Positions 41,334 to 50,048 of a stretch of DNA of 64,000 bases are shown in pieces. Within the stretch, counting starts at the first letter, position 1. Each line of letters begins with the position of its first letter. The notes under the pieces are model-generated. The model ran no database searches and was not told the origin of the DNA. It saw only the letters and a list, made by a program, of their open reading frames with translations. Made by a program: the position numbers and the translations under genes. Source of the DNA: an uncultured delta proteobacterium (GTDB lineage: Bacteria > Myxococcota > Kuafuiibacteriia > Kuafuiibacteriales > Kuafuiibacteriaceae). The stretch spans positions 480,001-544,000 of the forward strand of contig CAWDML010000008.1 in NCBI GenBank assembly GCA_963803435.1, in the 5' to 3' direction.

Positions 41334-41398
41334 GGAAAAATCCCTGTCGGGACGGCCAACCAACACAGGATCACGGGCGAAAGCAATCACTATCTGGG

Positions 41399-42898
41399 TC
41401 AGTCCGTGAGGAATCGCCCGGAGGCGCCGTCCCAGCGGGCCTTGGGCTCGCGCTCGGCCCACCAGGCCTCGAGGCCGGCCTCGGCCTTCGCAGGATCCGC
41501 GTCCTCGGCGGCCGGGGGCTGGCCGGCCAGCTGTCGCGCCAGCTCGAGGGCCTTCGTCCGCACGACCTTGGCCTCGGCGTCCCGGGCCAGCCCGAGCAGG
41601 AACGTCATCCCGTGCTTGCCCCCGGAGCGGACCAGGGCCTCGGCCTCCCGGAGCCGCACCCACTCGTCCTCCCCGGTGACCCCGAGCGCGGCCTCCAGGC
41701 CCGGCGCGGCCTCGGCCCGTCCCAGCCGGGCGAGCGCCTCGGCCGCCTTCTCCTTCACCGCCGTCGAAGGATCCGACAGCGCGCCCACCAGCGGCGCGAC
41801 GGCCGCCGCGTCGCCGGTCTTCCCGAGGGCCTCGGCCGCCTCGGCGCGGACGCTCTCGTGCTCGTCGTCGAGCGCCGCCAGGATCTCGGCGTGCGAGGTC
41901 CCGAGCCCGTGGACCGGCGCAGCGTGCGGTTTGTGGACTGCCTGGTGCGCGACCGACATCCCGTCGTCCTCGGCACGGAAACGCTGTGCGAGATCGGAGC
42001 GGAGGAAGACGACCATCCCCGCGCCGAGCGCGAGCAACACACCGGCCGATCCGGCGAGACGCACGAACGCGCGCCCGGGTGCATCGGCGTTGACGACGCT
42101 CGAGACCATGCCGGCGGTCACCAGGATCGCCGCGTACACCGCGATGATGCTGGGCGCCGGCGGCCAGTCGTAGTGCGCCGACACGAAGAGGCCCACGATC
42201 GCTGCGACGATGCTGGTGATCCATCCGATCACGAGCCGCACCTTGAACGAGTCGCTGAACAGCGCGGCGCAGACCGCGGGCGCGATCAAGAGACAAAAGA
42301 CCAGCAGCACGCCGGCGATGTGGACCGACATCGTCACGATCACCGCGAACGTCACGTAGAAGAGGAAGTCCCAGCGCTGGACGTTGAGCCCGTCGCGCGC
42401 CGCCCGATCGGGGTCGTGCGAGATGGCGAGGAACTTCTTTCGCAGCACCCAATGGAGCGCACCGACCGCGGAGTAGAGGATGAGGTCCGTGCGGACCTCG
42501 GCGGGCGTGACCACCAGGATGCTGCCGGCCAGGATGTCGCGGAGGTGCTCGGCGCCGTGCGGATTCTCCGCCGACATCAGGATGGAGCCCGCCGATGCGA
42601 TCGCGAAGGCCAGCCCGATGATCGCCTCGTGAGGCACGCGATCGTCCTTGGTACGCGTGACCGAGAAGACCCACGCGCCCATGACACCGAACACCAGCGA
42701 GGCCCAATACGTCACGGGATCCGCCGACTCGAATCCGAACAGGAACGCGACCGTGCTGCCGAGCGCCGCGATCTGCGCGATCGCGAGATCCACGAAGAGC
42801 ACTTTCCGGCTGATCACGTGGAGCCCGAAGTACGTGTGGATCGCGATCAGGATCAGCGTGACCGCGAAGGGCCAGAACCACCAGGGAAGTTCGTGCAT
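41399..42898 (-). CDS. Metal ABC transporter permease (ZnuB/MntB-like) fused to HEAT repeats
   Basis: G.HVI.RKVLFVDLAIAQ.AALG, EAIIG and GVLLVF..LI.PA; C-terminal VRAEAAEALG / VKEKAAEALARLG HEAT repeats. Confidence 0.85.
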   Translation of the reverse strand: MHELPWWFWPFAVTLILIAIHTYFGLHVISRKVLFVDLAIAQIAALGSTVAFLFGFESADPVTYWASLVFGVMGAWVFSVTRTKDDRVPHEAIIGLAFAIASAGSILMSAENPHGAEHLRDILAGSILVVTPAEVRTDLILYSAVGALHWVLRKKFLAISHDPDRAARDGLNVQRWDFLFYVTFAVIVTMSVHIAGVLLVFCLLIAPAVCAALFSDSFKVRLVIGWITSIVAAIVGLFVSAHYDWPPAPSIIAVYAAILVTAGMVSSVVNADAPGRAFVRLAGSAGVLLALGAGMVVFLRSDLAQRFRAEDDGMSVAHQAVHKPHAAPVHGLGTSHAEILAALDDEHESVRAEAAEALGKTGDAAAVAPLVGALSDPSTAVKEKAAEALARLGRAEAAPGLEAALGVTGEDEWVRLREAEALVRSGGKHGMTFLLGLARDAEAKVVRTKALELARQLAGQPPAAEDADPAKAEAGLEAWWAEREPKARWDGASGRFLTD

Positions 42899-42901
42899 GG
42901 C

Positions 42902-43927
42902 TCAGCTCCCCAGCGCCCGCTGGAACTGGCCGACGATCACGTCGAACAGCTTCAGATAGTCGTCGGCGCCCTTGATCCCACCGCTCGAGAGCGGGAAGAC
43001 GACCAGCTTGGCGCCGCCCTTGTCCGCGACCAGCTGCGCGATCTTCTCGTCGTAGAACGCGTGCGTCCCCAGCAGTGGGATCTTCTCCTTGCGCATGTGC
43101 GCGACCAGATCGGCCAGGTGGCCCGGCCCGGGCTGGATGCCCGGCTTGAGCTCGACGTAATCGACCACCATGATCCCGAAGCGCGCCGCGAAGTACGAGT
43201 AGCTCCGGTGATAGAAGACGATCTTCGTCCCCTGGTACGGCCGCATCTTGGCCAGCCAGCCGCCGAGCTTGGCGGTGAGGCCGTTCTTCTTCAGGAAGCC
43301 GTCGAGCTCACCGGAGCGCGCCAGCCGCTCGAGCTTGCTCTCACCGACGTCGTCGACCAGCCCCTTGCCGAAGAGGGCGTCGGCGATCGAGCGCGAAAAC
43401 GCCTTCCGGCGCGCCTCGTACTGGGCCGCGTGATCCGGGTCGACGCGGCTGAGCGCCGCCGCGATCGTTCCGGCGACGATCTGCCCGTTCAGCGGATCGA
43501 CGAGATAGTGCGGGTTCCCGAGCGGATGCACGTCGCCCTGCGCGCGGTTCACCTCGCCGGTGGGAACCTCGAGCACCGGGATGCCGATCGAGCAGTCGAT
43601 GTACCCCGGTGTGCCGATGTTGATGTCCGGGTTGCGCGCGCCCTCGAGCAGCGGCGGGACCCAGCCGATCTCGAGCTGCAGCCCGCTCACCAGGAAGAGG
43701 TCGGCGTCGCGGAGCTTCACCACGTAGCTCGGCTTCGGATCTACGAAGTGCGGATCCTGAATGCCGGAGGCGATCGTCGTGACGCGGACGTCGTCGCCGC
43801 CGATCGCCTGGGCGATGCGCGCCAGATCGGGGAGTGTGGCGACGACCTTGACCGGCCCGCGGGCGTACGCGGGAGTCGCGAACGCCGCGAGCGCGAGGAC
43901 GAGGAGCGATTGAGACGAAGGTTTCAT
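42902..43927 (-). CDS. Metal ABC transporter substrate-binding protein (ZnuA/TroA-like)
   Basis: Signal peptide; DPHF, GDVHPLGNPHY..DP, YH.SY.YF and ELKPGI.P...HL. Confidence 0.9.
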   Translation of the reverse strand: MKPSSQSLLVLALAAFATPAYARGPVKVVATLPDLARIAQAIGGDDVRVTTIASGIQDPHFVDPKPSYVVKLRDADLFLVSGLQLEIGWVPPLLEGARNPDINIGTPGYIDCSIGIPVLEVPTGEVNRAQGDVHPLGNPHYLVDPLNGQIVAGTIAAALSRVDPDHAAQYEARRKAFSRSIADALFGKGLVDDVGESKLERLARSGELDGFLKKNGLTAKLGGWLAKMRPYQGTKIVFYHRSYSYFAARFGIMVVDYVELKPGIQPGPGHLADLVAHMRKEKIPLLGTHAFYDEKIAQLVADKGGAKLVVFPLSSGGIKGADDYLKLFDVIVGQFQRALGS

Positions 43928-43936
43928 GCCTGAACC

Positions 43937-45256
43937 TCAAAACTTGTGGGCGCCGTGGGCGCCGAAGATGATCTCCGCTTGGACATAGACGGAGTGGGCG
44001 TCTCCGCCGGGCAGAAATGACGAGTTGTCGTACTCGTACTGGATCCGCAGCTTGCTGAACTCACTCGGGTAGTACGTGAGCGCGACGGTCGCGCGGTGGC
44101 GGCGATCGCGGAGCGGATCCTCGGCGCTCGAGTAGCCGAGAAACTCGGTGGGCTCGCCGCGCGCGAAGTCGTAGCGCAGCGCCAGCACGAACGGGCGCAG
44201 AAAGCCCCACGCGGTCTGCGCGTAGAGGCCGTAGTCGAGCAGGTTCTGTCGAGGTGCCAGCTCCGTCCCCACGCTCTCGTCGAGCACCTCGGCCGCCCCG
44301 TACTTGCGCACCATCCCCTCCGCCTGGAGCGCGAAGAACGGCCAGCCGTGATCGTTCGAGAGGGGCTTCCACTTCAGGTAGAGGTCAGTCCCCCCGATGA
44401 GGGTCTCGGTGTCGTCCGCGGTGGCGTTCGGCCCGAACAATCCGGAGAGGCCGAACACGACCGTGGTCTCCTCGCCGAGATCGAACGACACCTTGGCGTG
44501 CGCGAGATAGAGGAAGTCTTCCGCCCCGTTGACCTCCCGATCGATCAGTGTCCGACCGGCGATCGTCTCGCCGGGGACGTTCCGGAAGCTCACCGCGGTC
44601 TCCCCGTTCGAGTTCTGGGCCCCGAGCGTGACCTCGAGGAAGAACGGAAGCGGGGTCAGCCAGGACAGCTGGAGCCCGGGGACGCGCAGGCCGTCGGGCC
44701 CCATGAACCGCGAGTTGACCACCGGCTGGTCTGCGAAGTCCCACGTGTGCGGGTGCGTGGGGTTGAGCCGGCCGAACGCGGTGAAGAAGTGACCTGCCTT
44801 CAGCTGCAGGTTGCCGGGGAGCGAGAGCGTGGTCAGGTAGATCTCCTCCAGCTCGATCGTCGTCTCACCCTCGGGATCGATCTGGAGCACGATGTTGGCG
44901 TCGCCGCGGAAGTACGGGTCGACGATACCGGAGAACGTCAGCTCGACGTTCTGGATCGTGAACCCGCGGTTCTTCGGGTCGTGGCCGCCGCCCTCCAGTG
45001 CGCGGAGATCGGGCTCCTTCGCCGAGGAGGTCCCGGCAGCGGCCAGCAAATCGAGCGCCAGATCGATCAGTCGAACGTTCGCCAGCGGTGTAGCCGAGGC
45101 ACCGGCCGTCGGGGGTGGGGTCGCGTTCTCCTCGCCGGCGAGGGCAGCGCCGAACTCGGCCTCGAGCGCGGCGCGTTCGGCGTCGGAGACAGACGACGTC
45201 TCGACCGTGCTGGTCGCGACAATGAGGAGCGGTAGTAAACACGGGCCCATGGGCAC
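43937..45256 (-). CDS. Outer-membrane beta-barrel of metal-uptake loci
   Basis: FGRLNPTHPHTW, YYPSEFSKLRIQY and C-terminal GAHGAHKF. Confidence 0.75.
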   Translation of the reverse strand: MPMGPCLLPLLIVATSTVETSSVSDAERAALEAEFGAALAGEENATPPPTAGASATPLANVRLIDLALDLLAAAGTSSAKEPDLRALEGGGHDPKNRGFTIQNVELTFSGIVDPYFRGDANIVLQIDPEGETTIELEEIYLTTLSLPGNLQLKAGHFFTAFGRLNPTHPHTWDFADQPVVNSRFMGPDGLRVPGLQLSWLTPLPFFLEVTLGAQNSNGETAVSFRNVPGETIAGRTLIDREVNGAEDFLYLAHAKVSFDLGEETTVVFGLSGLFGPNATADDTETLIGGTDLYLKWKPLSNDHGWPFFALQAEGMVRKYGAAEVLDESVGTELAPRQNLLDYGLYAQTAWGFLRPFVLALRYDFARGEPTEFLGYSSAEDPLRDRRHRATVALTYYPSEFSKLRIQYEYDNSSFLPGGDAHSVYVQAEIIFGAHGAHKF

Positions 45257-45315
45257 CCCCGAGAGACGGGTCAGGACGATCGATCACCGCCGACCGTTCG
45301 AAGAGCTGGGACTGA

Positions 45316-45738
45316 TCAGAGGAGGTGCGGCGGCGGCGAGCTCTTGGGCGCGAGCCGGAGGATGGAGAGCGGCGCCGCGGCGAGCCGAGCCCGGCCGAGG
45401 AGCGCGAGCGCGCCCAGGTCCGCCGACGGCGCGGGCCGTGCGACGGACGGCAACGTGGTCCGCTGGCGCGCGAAGCTGGCGGCCAGACAGTGCTCGTGAC
45501 CGTGGCTCTGCTCGGGCGCCGGAACGTGCCTCTCGAAGCCGAGGGCGTGCGGCGGATGTCCGGCGCGCGCAGGGCCGGGCAGATGGATGAGCTCGCCGTG
45601 CTCGGGGCAGGTGACGTGGTGGAACGAGGTCAGGTCCGCGAGCGCCGCGACGTTCGAGCCGGTCCAGGCGCAGATCGTCAGGATCGCGAGGGAACAGACA
45701 CCCGCCTTCGATCGGCGCTCGGAGCTTCTCGCTCGCAC
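45316..45738 (-). CDS. His/Cys-rich leader ORF (DUF2946/CruR-like layout)
   Basis: AGGAGG then GTG at 45738; hydrophobic stretch, HHVTCPEHGELIH, HGHEHC and C-terminal LAPKSSPP. Confidence 0.7.
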   Translation of the reverse strand: MRARSSERRSKAGVCSLAILTICAWTGSNVAALADLTSFHHVTCPEHGELIHLPGPARAGHPPHALGFERHVPAPEQSHGHEHCLAASFARQRTTLPSVARPAPSADLGALALLGRARLAAAPLSILRLAPKSSPPPHLL

Positions 45739-45835
45739 CCAGCCTCCTGCATCGGGCCCGATGCCCGGGAAGTCAACTCGACAGGAGTTACCGCTTGACG
45801 GCGCAGCGCCTGCGTCGCTACCCAAATGAGCAACA

Positions 45836-45975
45836 CAACATCTCGGTCGGAGCAGGGAAGCCGGTGTGAATCCGGCGCGGTCCCGCCACTGTCAGCGAAT
45901 CGGCGCGCCACGAAGCCACTCGGAAGGGGAAGGCGGCGTCAGCCAACGAGTCGCGAGCCAGGATATCTGCTCCGC
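45836..45975 (+). ncRNA. Cobalamin riboswitch
   Basis: AGGGAAGCCGGTGTGAATCCGGCGCGGTCCCGCCACTGT, then GCCACT...GGGAAGGC, then GAGCCAGGATATCTGC. Ends approximate. Confidence 0.92.
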
Positions 45976-46017
45976 CCGAAGTTTCCGGACCACCGGCGAG
46001 AGACCGGGGAGGAGCGT

Positions 46018-46410
46018 ATGAACTCAACACGCGTCTTTGTCTTCACCGTCTGTTTGGCATCGATCCGCTGCGGAGGCGGACCGATCGAGACCGCGGGCAC
46101 CTGGACCAGCAACTTCGGAACGGAAGAGACCATCACGGACGAGGCCTGGGGCGCCGCGTCGTTGATCGAGTACGACAACGACCTGAACTGGGCCGTCACC
46201 CAGAACGCCGGCGACGATCAGTACAACCCCAGCAAGTACAATCGCTTGGTCTGGACGGAGCCCAACGCGGGTCGCTTCTACTACTGCACCGTCGACTACG
46301 GGCTCGAAACGCTCGCACAGGCGGAGAGCTCCACTCAGGCGGCGGATGCCAGCGATCCGGCGAGCGGCGGCTGCGGAGGTTTCTCGTGGACCGAGCTGTC
46401 GCGCAATTGA
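46018..46410 (+). CDS. Small exported or lipoprotein downstream of the B12 riboswitch
   Basis: GGAGGAG RBS then ATG at 46018; signal ending in C-GGG; YYCT...GCGGFSW. Confidence 0.7.
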   Translation: MNSTRVFVFTVCLASIRCGGGPIETAGTWTSNFGTEETITDEAWGAASLIEYDNDLNWAVTQNAGDDQYNPSKYNRLVWTEPNAGRFYYCTVDYGLETLAQAESSTQAADASDPASGGCGGFSWTELSRN

Positions 46411-47030
46411 GCTTGCTCTTCCTGAGCGCGTGCGGCGGCACCGAAGAGCGGGCGCCGCCGGAGACGTTCGGCTCGCCGTACGCCGTCGAGGTGGTGAGCT
46501 ACCTCCCCGGCCCGGGCGCCGGCTTCGGTCAGACGGAGCTCCCCGGGGTGGTGCTGGGGCCGCCGAAGCTCCAGGGCGCCAGCCCGTCCCTCGACGTCCT
46601 CAGCCTCGGCGCTGGCGGTGAGATCGTGCTGGCGTTCGACGCGGCGATCACCGACGGACCGGGGCCCGACTTCGTGGTCTTCGAGAACCCGTTCTGGGTG
46701 ATGGGCGACCCGACCGATCCGTACGCCGAGCTGGGCGAGATCGCGGTGAGCGCGGACGGCGTCACCTGGAGCGCGTTCGCCTGCGATCACGAGGGCGACG
46801 GCGCGGGCCACTTCGCAGGCTGCGCCGGATGGTCCCCGACCGCCGGGTTCGATGCCGAGACCCCGCTCGATCCCGCACAGTGTGGCGGCGATGCCTTCGA
46901 TCTGTCCGACCTCGGAGTGAGCGAGGCGCGATTCGTGCGGATCCTCGATCTCGACGGCGGTGGCGACAGCCCGTCGGTCGGGTTCGATCTCGACGCCGTC
47001 GGCCTCGTCCACTACCGGACGATCGAATAG
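46386..47030 (+). CDS. Cell-surface lipoprotein, BtuH-like candidate B12-binding domain
   Basis: Lipobox LSAC; SLGAGGEIVLAFD, DGPGPDFVVFENPF, GGDAFDL and FVRI.D. Confidence 0.65.
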   Translation: MDRAVAQLSLLFLSACGGTEERAPPETFGSPYAVEVVSYLPGPGAGFGQTELPGVVLGPPKLQGASPSLDVLSLGAGGEIVLAFDAAITDGPGPDFVVFENPFWVMGDPTDPYAELGEIAVSADGVTWSAFACDHEGDGAGHFAGCAGWSPTAGFDAETPLDPAQCGGDAFDLSDLGVSEARFVRILDLDGGGDSPSVGFDLDAVGLVHYRTIE

Positions 47031-47101
47031 ACGACCCAGACCGCCGCGATCGCGAGCCCGTAGAGCCCGATCAGGCTGATCGTGTAGATCGAGCGCGTCA
47101 T
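47012..47101 (-). CDS. 29-aa single-TM small protein
   Basis: MTRSIYTISLIGLYGLAIAAVWVVYSIVR; 28 of 29 codons end in G/C; below the track size cut-off. Confidence 0.55.
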   Translation of the reverse strand: MTRSIYTISLIGLYGLAIAAVWVVYSIVR

Positions 47102-47188
47102 TCTTCGAGCACTTGCAAGCCTCGTGCGCAGCAGCGTCGCGCGAAAGCCGGTCGCGGCGTCACGGGCGGGTGACGGCCGGGTGCGATC

Positions 47189-48199
47189 GTGCCTTCAATC
47201 CGTGTTGTGCGGGCGATGGTGATGACGGCGCAACGCCGGCCGCTCGAGGCGATGGACGTCCCGGTCCCCGAGCCTGGCCCCACGCAGGCGCTCCTCCGCG
47301 TGAAACGTTGCGCGGTGTGTCGAACCGATCTCCACGTCCTCGACGGCGACCTCGACGATCCGAAGCTACCGCTGATCATCGGGCACGAGATCGTGGGCGT
47401 GGTGGAGAAGGTCGGTGCACGCGCGGGCGAGCTCGCGATCGGGGATCGCGTCGGTGTGCCTTGGCTCGGATGGTCGTGCGGCGTCTGCCGCTGGTGTCGA
47501 AGCGGGCGCGAGAACCTCTGCGACTCGGCGCGCTTCACCGGCTACCAGATCGACGGCGGCTACGCCGAGTACACCGTCGCGGATCATCGCTTCTGCTTTC
47601 CTCTCCCTCCGTCGTTCGACGACGCGCATGCCGCGCCGCTCTTGTGCGCCGGCCTGATCGGTCACCGCTGCCTGACGATGGCCGGCGACGCGGAGCGTCT
47701 CGGGATCTACGGTTTCGGCGCCGCCGCGCACATCGTGGCGCAGGTGGCCCGGTACCAGGGCCGGCAGGTCTACGCGTTCGTGCGGCCCGGTGACGCGGCG
47801 GCGGCGGCCTTCGCCCGTTCGCTCGGTGCGGTGTGGGCGGGCAGCTCCGATGCGTCGCCGCCCGAGCCGCTCGACGCCGCGATCATCTTCGCGCCTGTGG
47901 GGGCGCTGGTCCCGCGCGCGCTCGCGGCCACCGCGAAGGGCGGCGTGGTCGTCTGCGGCGGCATCCACATGAGCGACATCCCCTCCTTCCCGTACGCGGT
48001 TCTGTGGGGGGAGCGTCAGGTCCGCTCGGTCGCGAACCTCACCCGGGCCGACGGCGAGGCGTTCCTGGACCTGGCGCCGCGGGCTGGCGTCCGGACCACC
48101 GTGGAGGTGTTTCCGCTGTCCGCGGCCAACGACGCCCTTCGAGCGCTGCGCGAAGGACGCCTCGAGGGTGCCGCGGTCCTCGATTGCGAAGCTCACTGA
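47189..48199 (+). CDS. Zinc-binding alcohol dehydrogenase family protein
   Basis: CRTDLH, GHE, C..C..C.......C, LLCAG and GIYGFGAAAH. The start may be ATG 47216. Confidence 0.92.
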   Translation: MPSIRVVRAMVMTAQRRPLEAMDVPVPEPGPTQALLRVKRCAVCRTDLHVLDGDLDDPKLPLIIGHEIVGVVEKVGARAGELAIGDRVGVPWLGWSCGVCRWCRSGRENLCDSARFTGYQIDGGYAEYTVADHRFCFPLPPSFDDAHAAPLLCAGLIGHRCLTMAGDAERLGIYGFGAAAHIVAQVARYQGRQVYAFVRPGDAAAAAFARSLGAVWAGSSDASPPEPLDAAIIFAPVGALVPRALAATAKGGVVVCGGIHMSDIPSFPYAVLWGERQVRSVANLTRADGEAFLDLAPRAGVRTTVEVFPLSAANDALRALREGRLEGAAVLDCEAH

Positions 48200-48219
48200 G
48201 ATGTGGGACGACAGGGGCG

Positions 48220-49515
48220 GTGTTCCGTGCCCTTTGGCAACGGTTCGCGCGGCTGTTCGGCGGCGGGAAGAGCGAGGAGCGGCGCGCGCCGGGCGTCATC
48301 CCTGCGCCGGAGACGCTGATCGCCAAGATCGCGAACGTGAAGGGCAAGGACCGCGAGATCCTTCGGGTCGCGGGAGAGGCCATCCGCCGCGGTCATCCCG
48401 ATCAGGCGGTCATCGCCTACTGGAAGGCCGTCGAGGTCTATCTGCGGGACGGTCAGGTCCTCAAGGCGGTCTCGGCGCTCAAGATGATCCTGCAGCACTC
48501 GCCGGAGGATCTGGAGGCCTTCAACGCGCTGGCGGACGCCTACGAGGCGCTCGATCGGAAGCGGGACGCCGCCAACACCTGCCTCTGGATCGCCGACATC
48601 CACGCGCGGCGCGGAGAACGTGCGGACGCGCTCGCGGTGCTCTATCGCGCGATGGATCTGGATTCGATGGTGAAGGGGGCGCGCGAACGCATCCAGGCGC
48701 TGGGCGGGGAGCTGCCCGCCTCGGCGCGGCCGCCGTCGCGGATGGGGCCACCGCTGCGGCTCCAGTCCAAGCAAGAACCGCAGGCCGGCTTGCCCCCGAT
48801 GGCCCTGCCGTTGTCGGCGATGACGCCCTCGCCGATCCACGCTCCGGAGCCGGCGCCGAGCGAGGACGAGCCTGATGAGATGCCCGGCGAGTCGGTGGTG
48901 ATCGAGTCTCCGCTTCGTCAGGATGACGACGACGACCGGATCGAGCTCGACATCGAAGGCGACGACGCGCTCGACTTTCCGGACGACAGCCTCGTTCTCC
49001 CGGTGACCGACGGCAAGCGCGCAGCCGTGGAGACGCCCGACGACGCGACGGTGTTGGGGATGCAGCTCCCGGGCGACGACGACGAGGGCGAGGAGTACGA
49101 TCCGGACTTCGGTGCGGCCACCATCGCGATGTCGGCGATCGATCACGACGTGGGCTCGGCGACCATCGCGATGCGTGCGATCGCCGAGGACGGCGAGATC
49201 ATGAGCGAGGATCTCGCGGGCGACGCGACCCTGCTGGCGATGGAGCCTCCCCCGCTCGACGGGCCGACCGATGAGCACGAGGCCCGGATGCCGCTGCCCG
49301 TCGAGGAGGAGACCGATCCCCGGGCGACGCCTCCGCCTGCGAGGCGGTTCGCGATTCCCCAGGCGGCCACCACCATCGACGTCGAGCCGCCGTCCGCGCT
49401 CTCGGGCACCGAGCATGACCCCAAGAAGAAGCTCCCGATGATCGGGGTGCCGGGTGAGTCGACCCGCGCCTACTCCGTCGAGGAGCTCAAGGATCTGGGA
49501 CTGAAGAAGAAGTGA
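48220..49515 (+). CDS. TPR protein with a long acidic, Thr-motif-rich disordered tail
   Basis: N-terminal TPR helices (KAVSALKMILQHSPED); D/E/P-rich C-terminal half. Confidence 0.7.
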   Translation: MFRALWQRFARLFGGGKSEERRAPGVIPAPETLIAKIANVKGKDREILRVAGEAIRRGHPDQAVIAYWKAVEVYLRDGQVLKAVSALKMILQHSPEDLEAFNALADAYEALDRKRDAANTCLWIADIHARRGERADALAVLYRAMDLDSMVKGARERIQALGGELPASARPPSRMGPPLRLQSKQEPQAGLPPMALPLSAMTPSPIHAPEPAPSEDEPDEMPGESVVIESPLRQDDDDDRIELDIEGDDALDFPDDSLVLPVTDGKRAAVETPDDATVLGMQLPGDDDEGEEYDPDFGAATIAMSAIDHDVGSATIAMRAIAEDGEIMSEDLAGDATLLAMEPPPLDGPTDEHEARMPLPVEEETDPRATPPPARRFAIPQAATTIDVEPPSALSGTEHDPKKKLPMIGVPGESTRAYSVEELKDLGLKKK

Positions 49516-49523
49516 GGGATCGG

Positions 49524-50048
49524 ATGCCAAGGTACGAGTTCAAGGAAGGCAGCTCGAGCAAGTTCTGGGAGATCGAGATGAGTGGGACGGAGGTGACCAC
49601 CCGCTGGGGGAAGATCGGCACCGACGGCCAGGAGAAGACGAAGGACTTCGGAACCGAGGAGAAGGCGCAGAAGGAGCACGACAAGCTCGTCGCGGAGAAG
49701 ACCAAGAAGGGCTACGCGCTCGGGGGCGGCGGCAACGGCGCGCCCGCTCCGAAGGCGAAGAAGAAGGAGGCGGCGCCGAAGAAGAAGGCGGCGCCCGCTC
49801 CGGTGAACGGCGACCTGAGCGTGGGCGAAGACTGGCAGCGCTACGAGTTCGTCGAGGGCGGCTCCAAGAAATTCTGGGAGATCAGGGTCGAGGGCGACCA
49901 GTACTTCACGCGGTACGGGCGCATCGGCTCCGACGGCAAGATCACGGTCAAGCAGGTGGACTCCGAGGACGAGGCCCGGGCGGAGGCCGAGAAGCTCCTC
50001 GCGACCAAGCTGAAGAAGGGCTACGAGCCCGCCGAGAGCATCTCGTAG
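49524..50048 (+). CDS. Tandem WGR-domain protein
   Basis: Two copies of RYEF.EG.S.KFWEI...TR(W/Y)G(K/R)IG..G...K.KKGY joined by a K/A/P linker. Confidence 0.88.
   Translation: MPRYEFKEGSSSKFWEIEMSGTEVTTRWGKIGTDGQEKTKDFGTEEKAQKEHDKLVAEKTKKGYALGGGGNGAPAPKAKKKEAAPKKKAAPAPVNGDLSVGEDWQRYEFVEGGSKKFWEIRVEGDQYFTRYGRIGSDGKITVKQVDSEDEARAEAEKLLATKLKKGYEPAESIS

Noticed and set aside
41028-42881. 617-aa ORF suggesting an S14 fusion
   Set aside because: The upstream part is off-frame over the permease; S14 has its own ATG at 41333.
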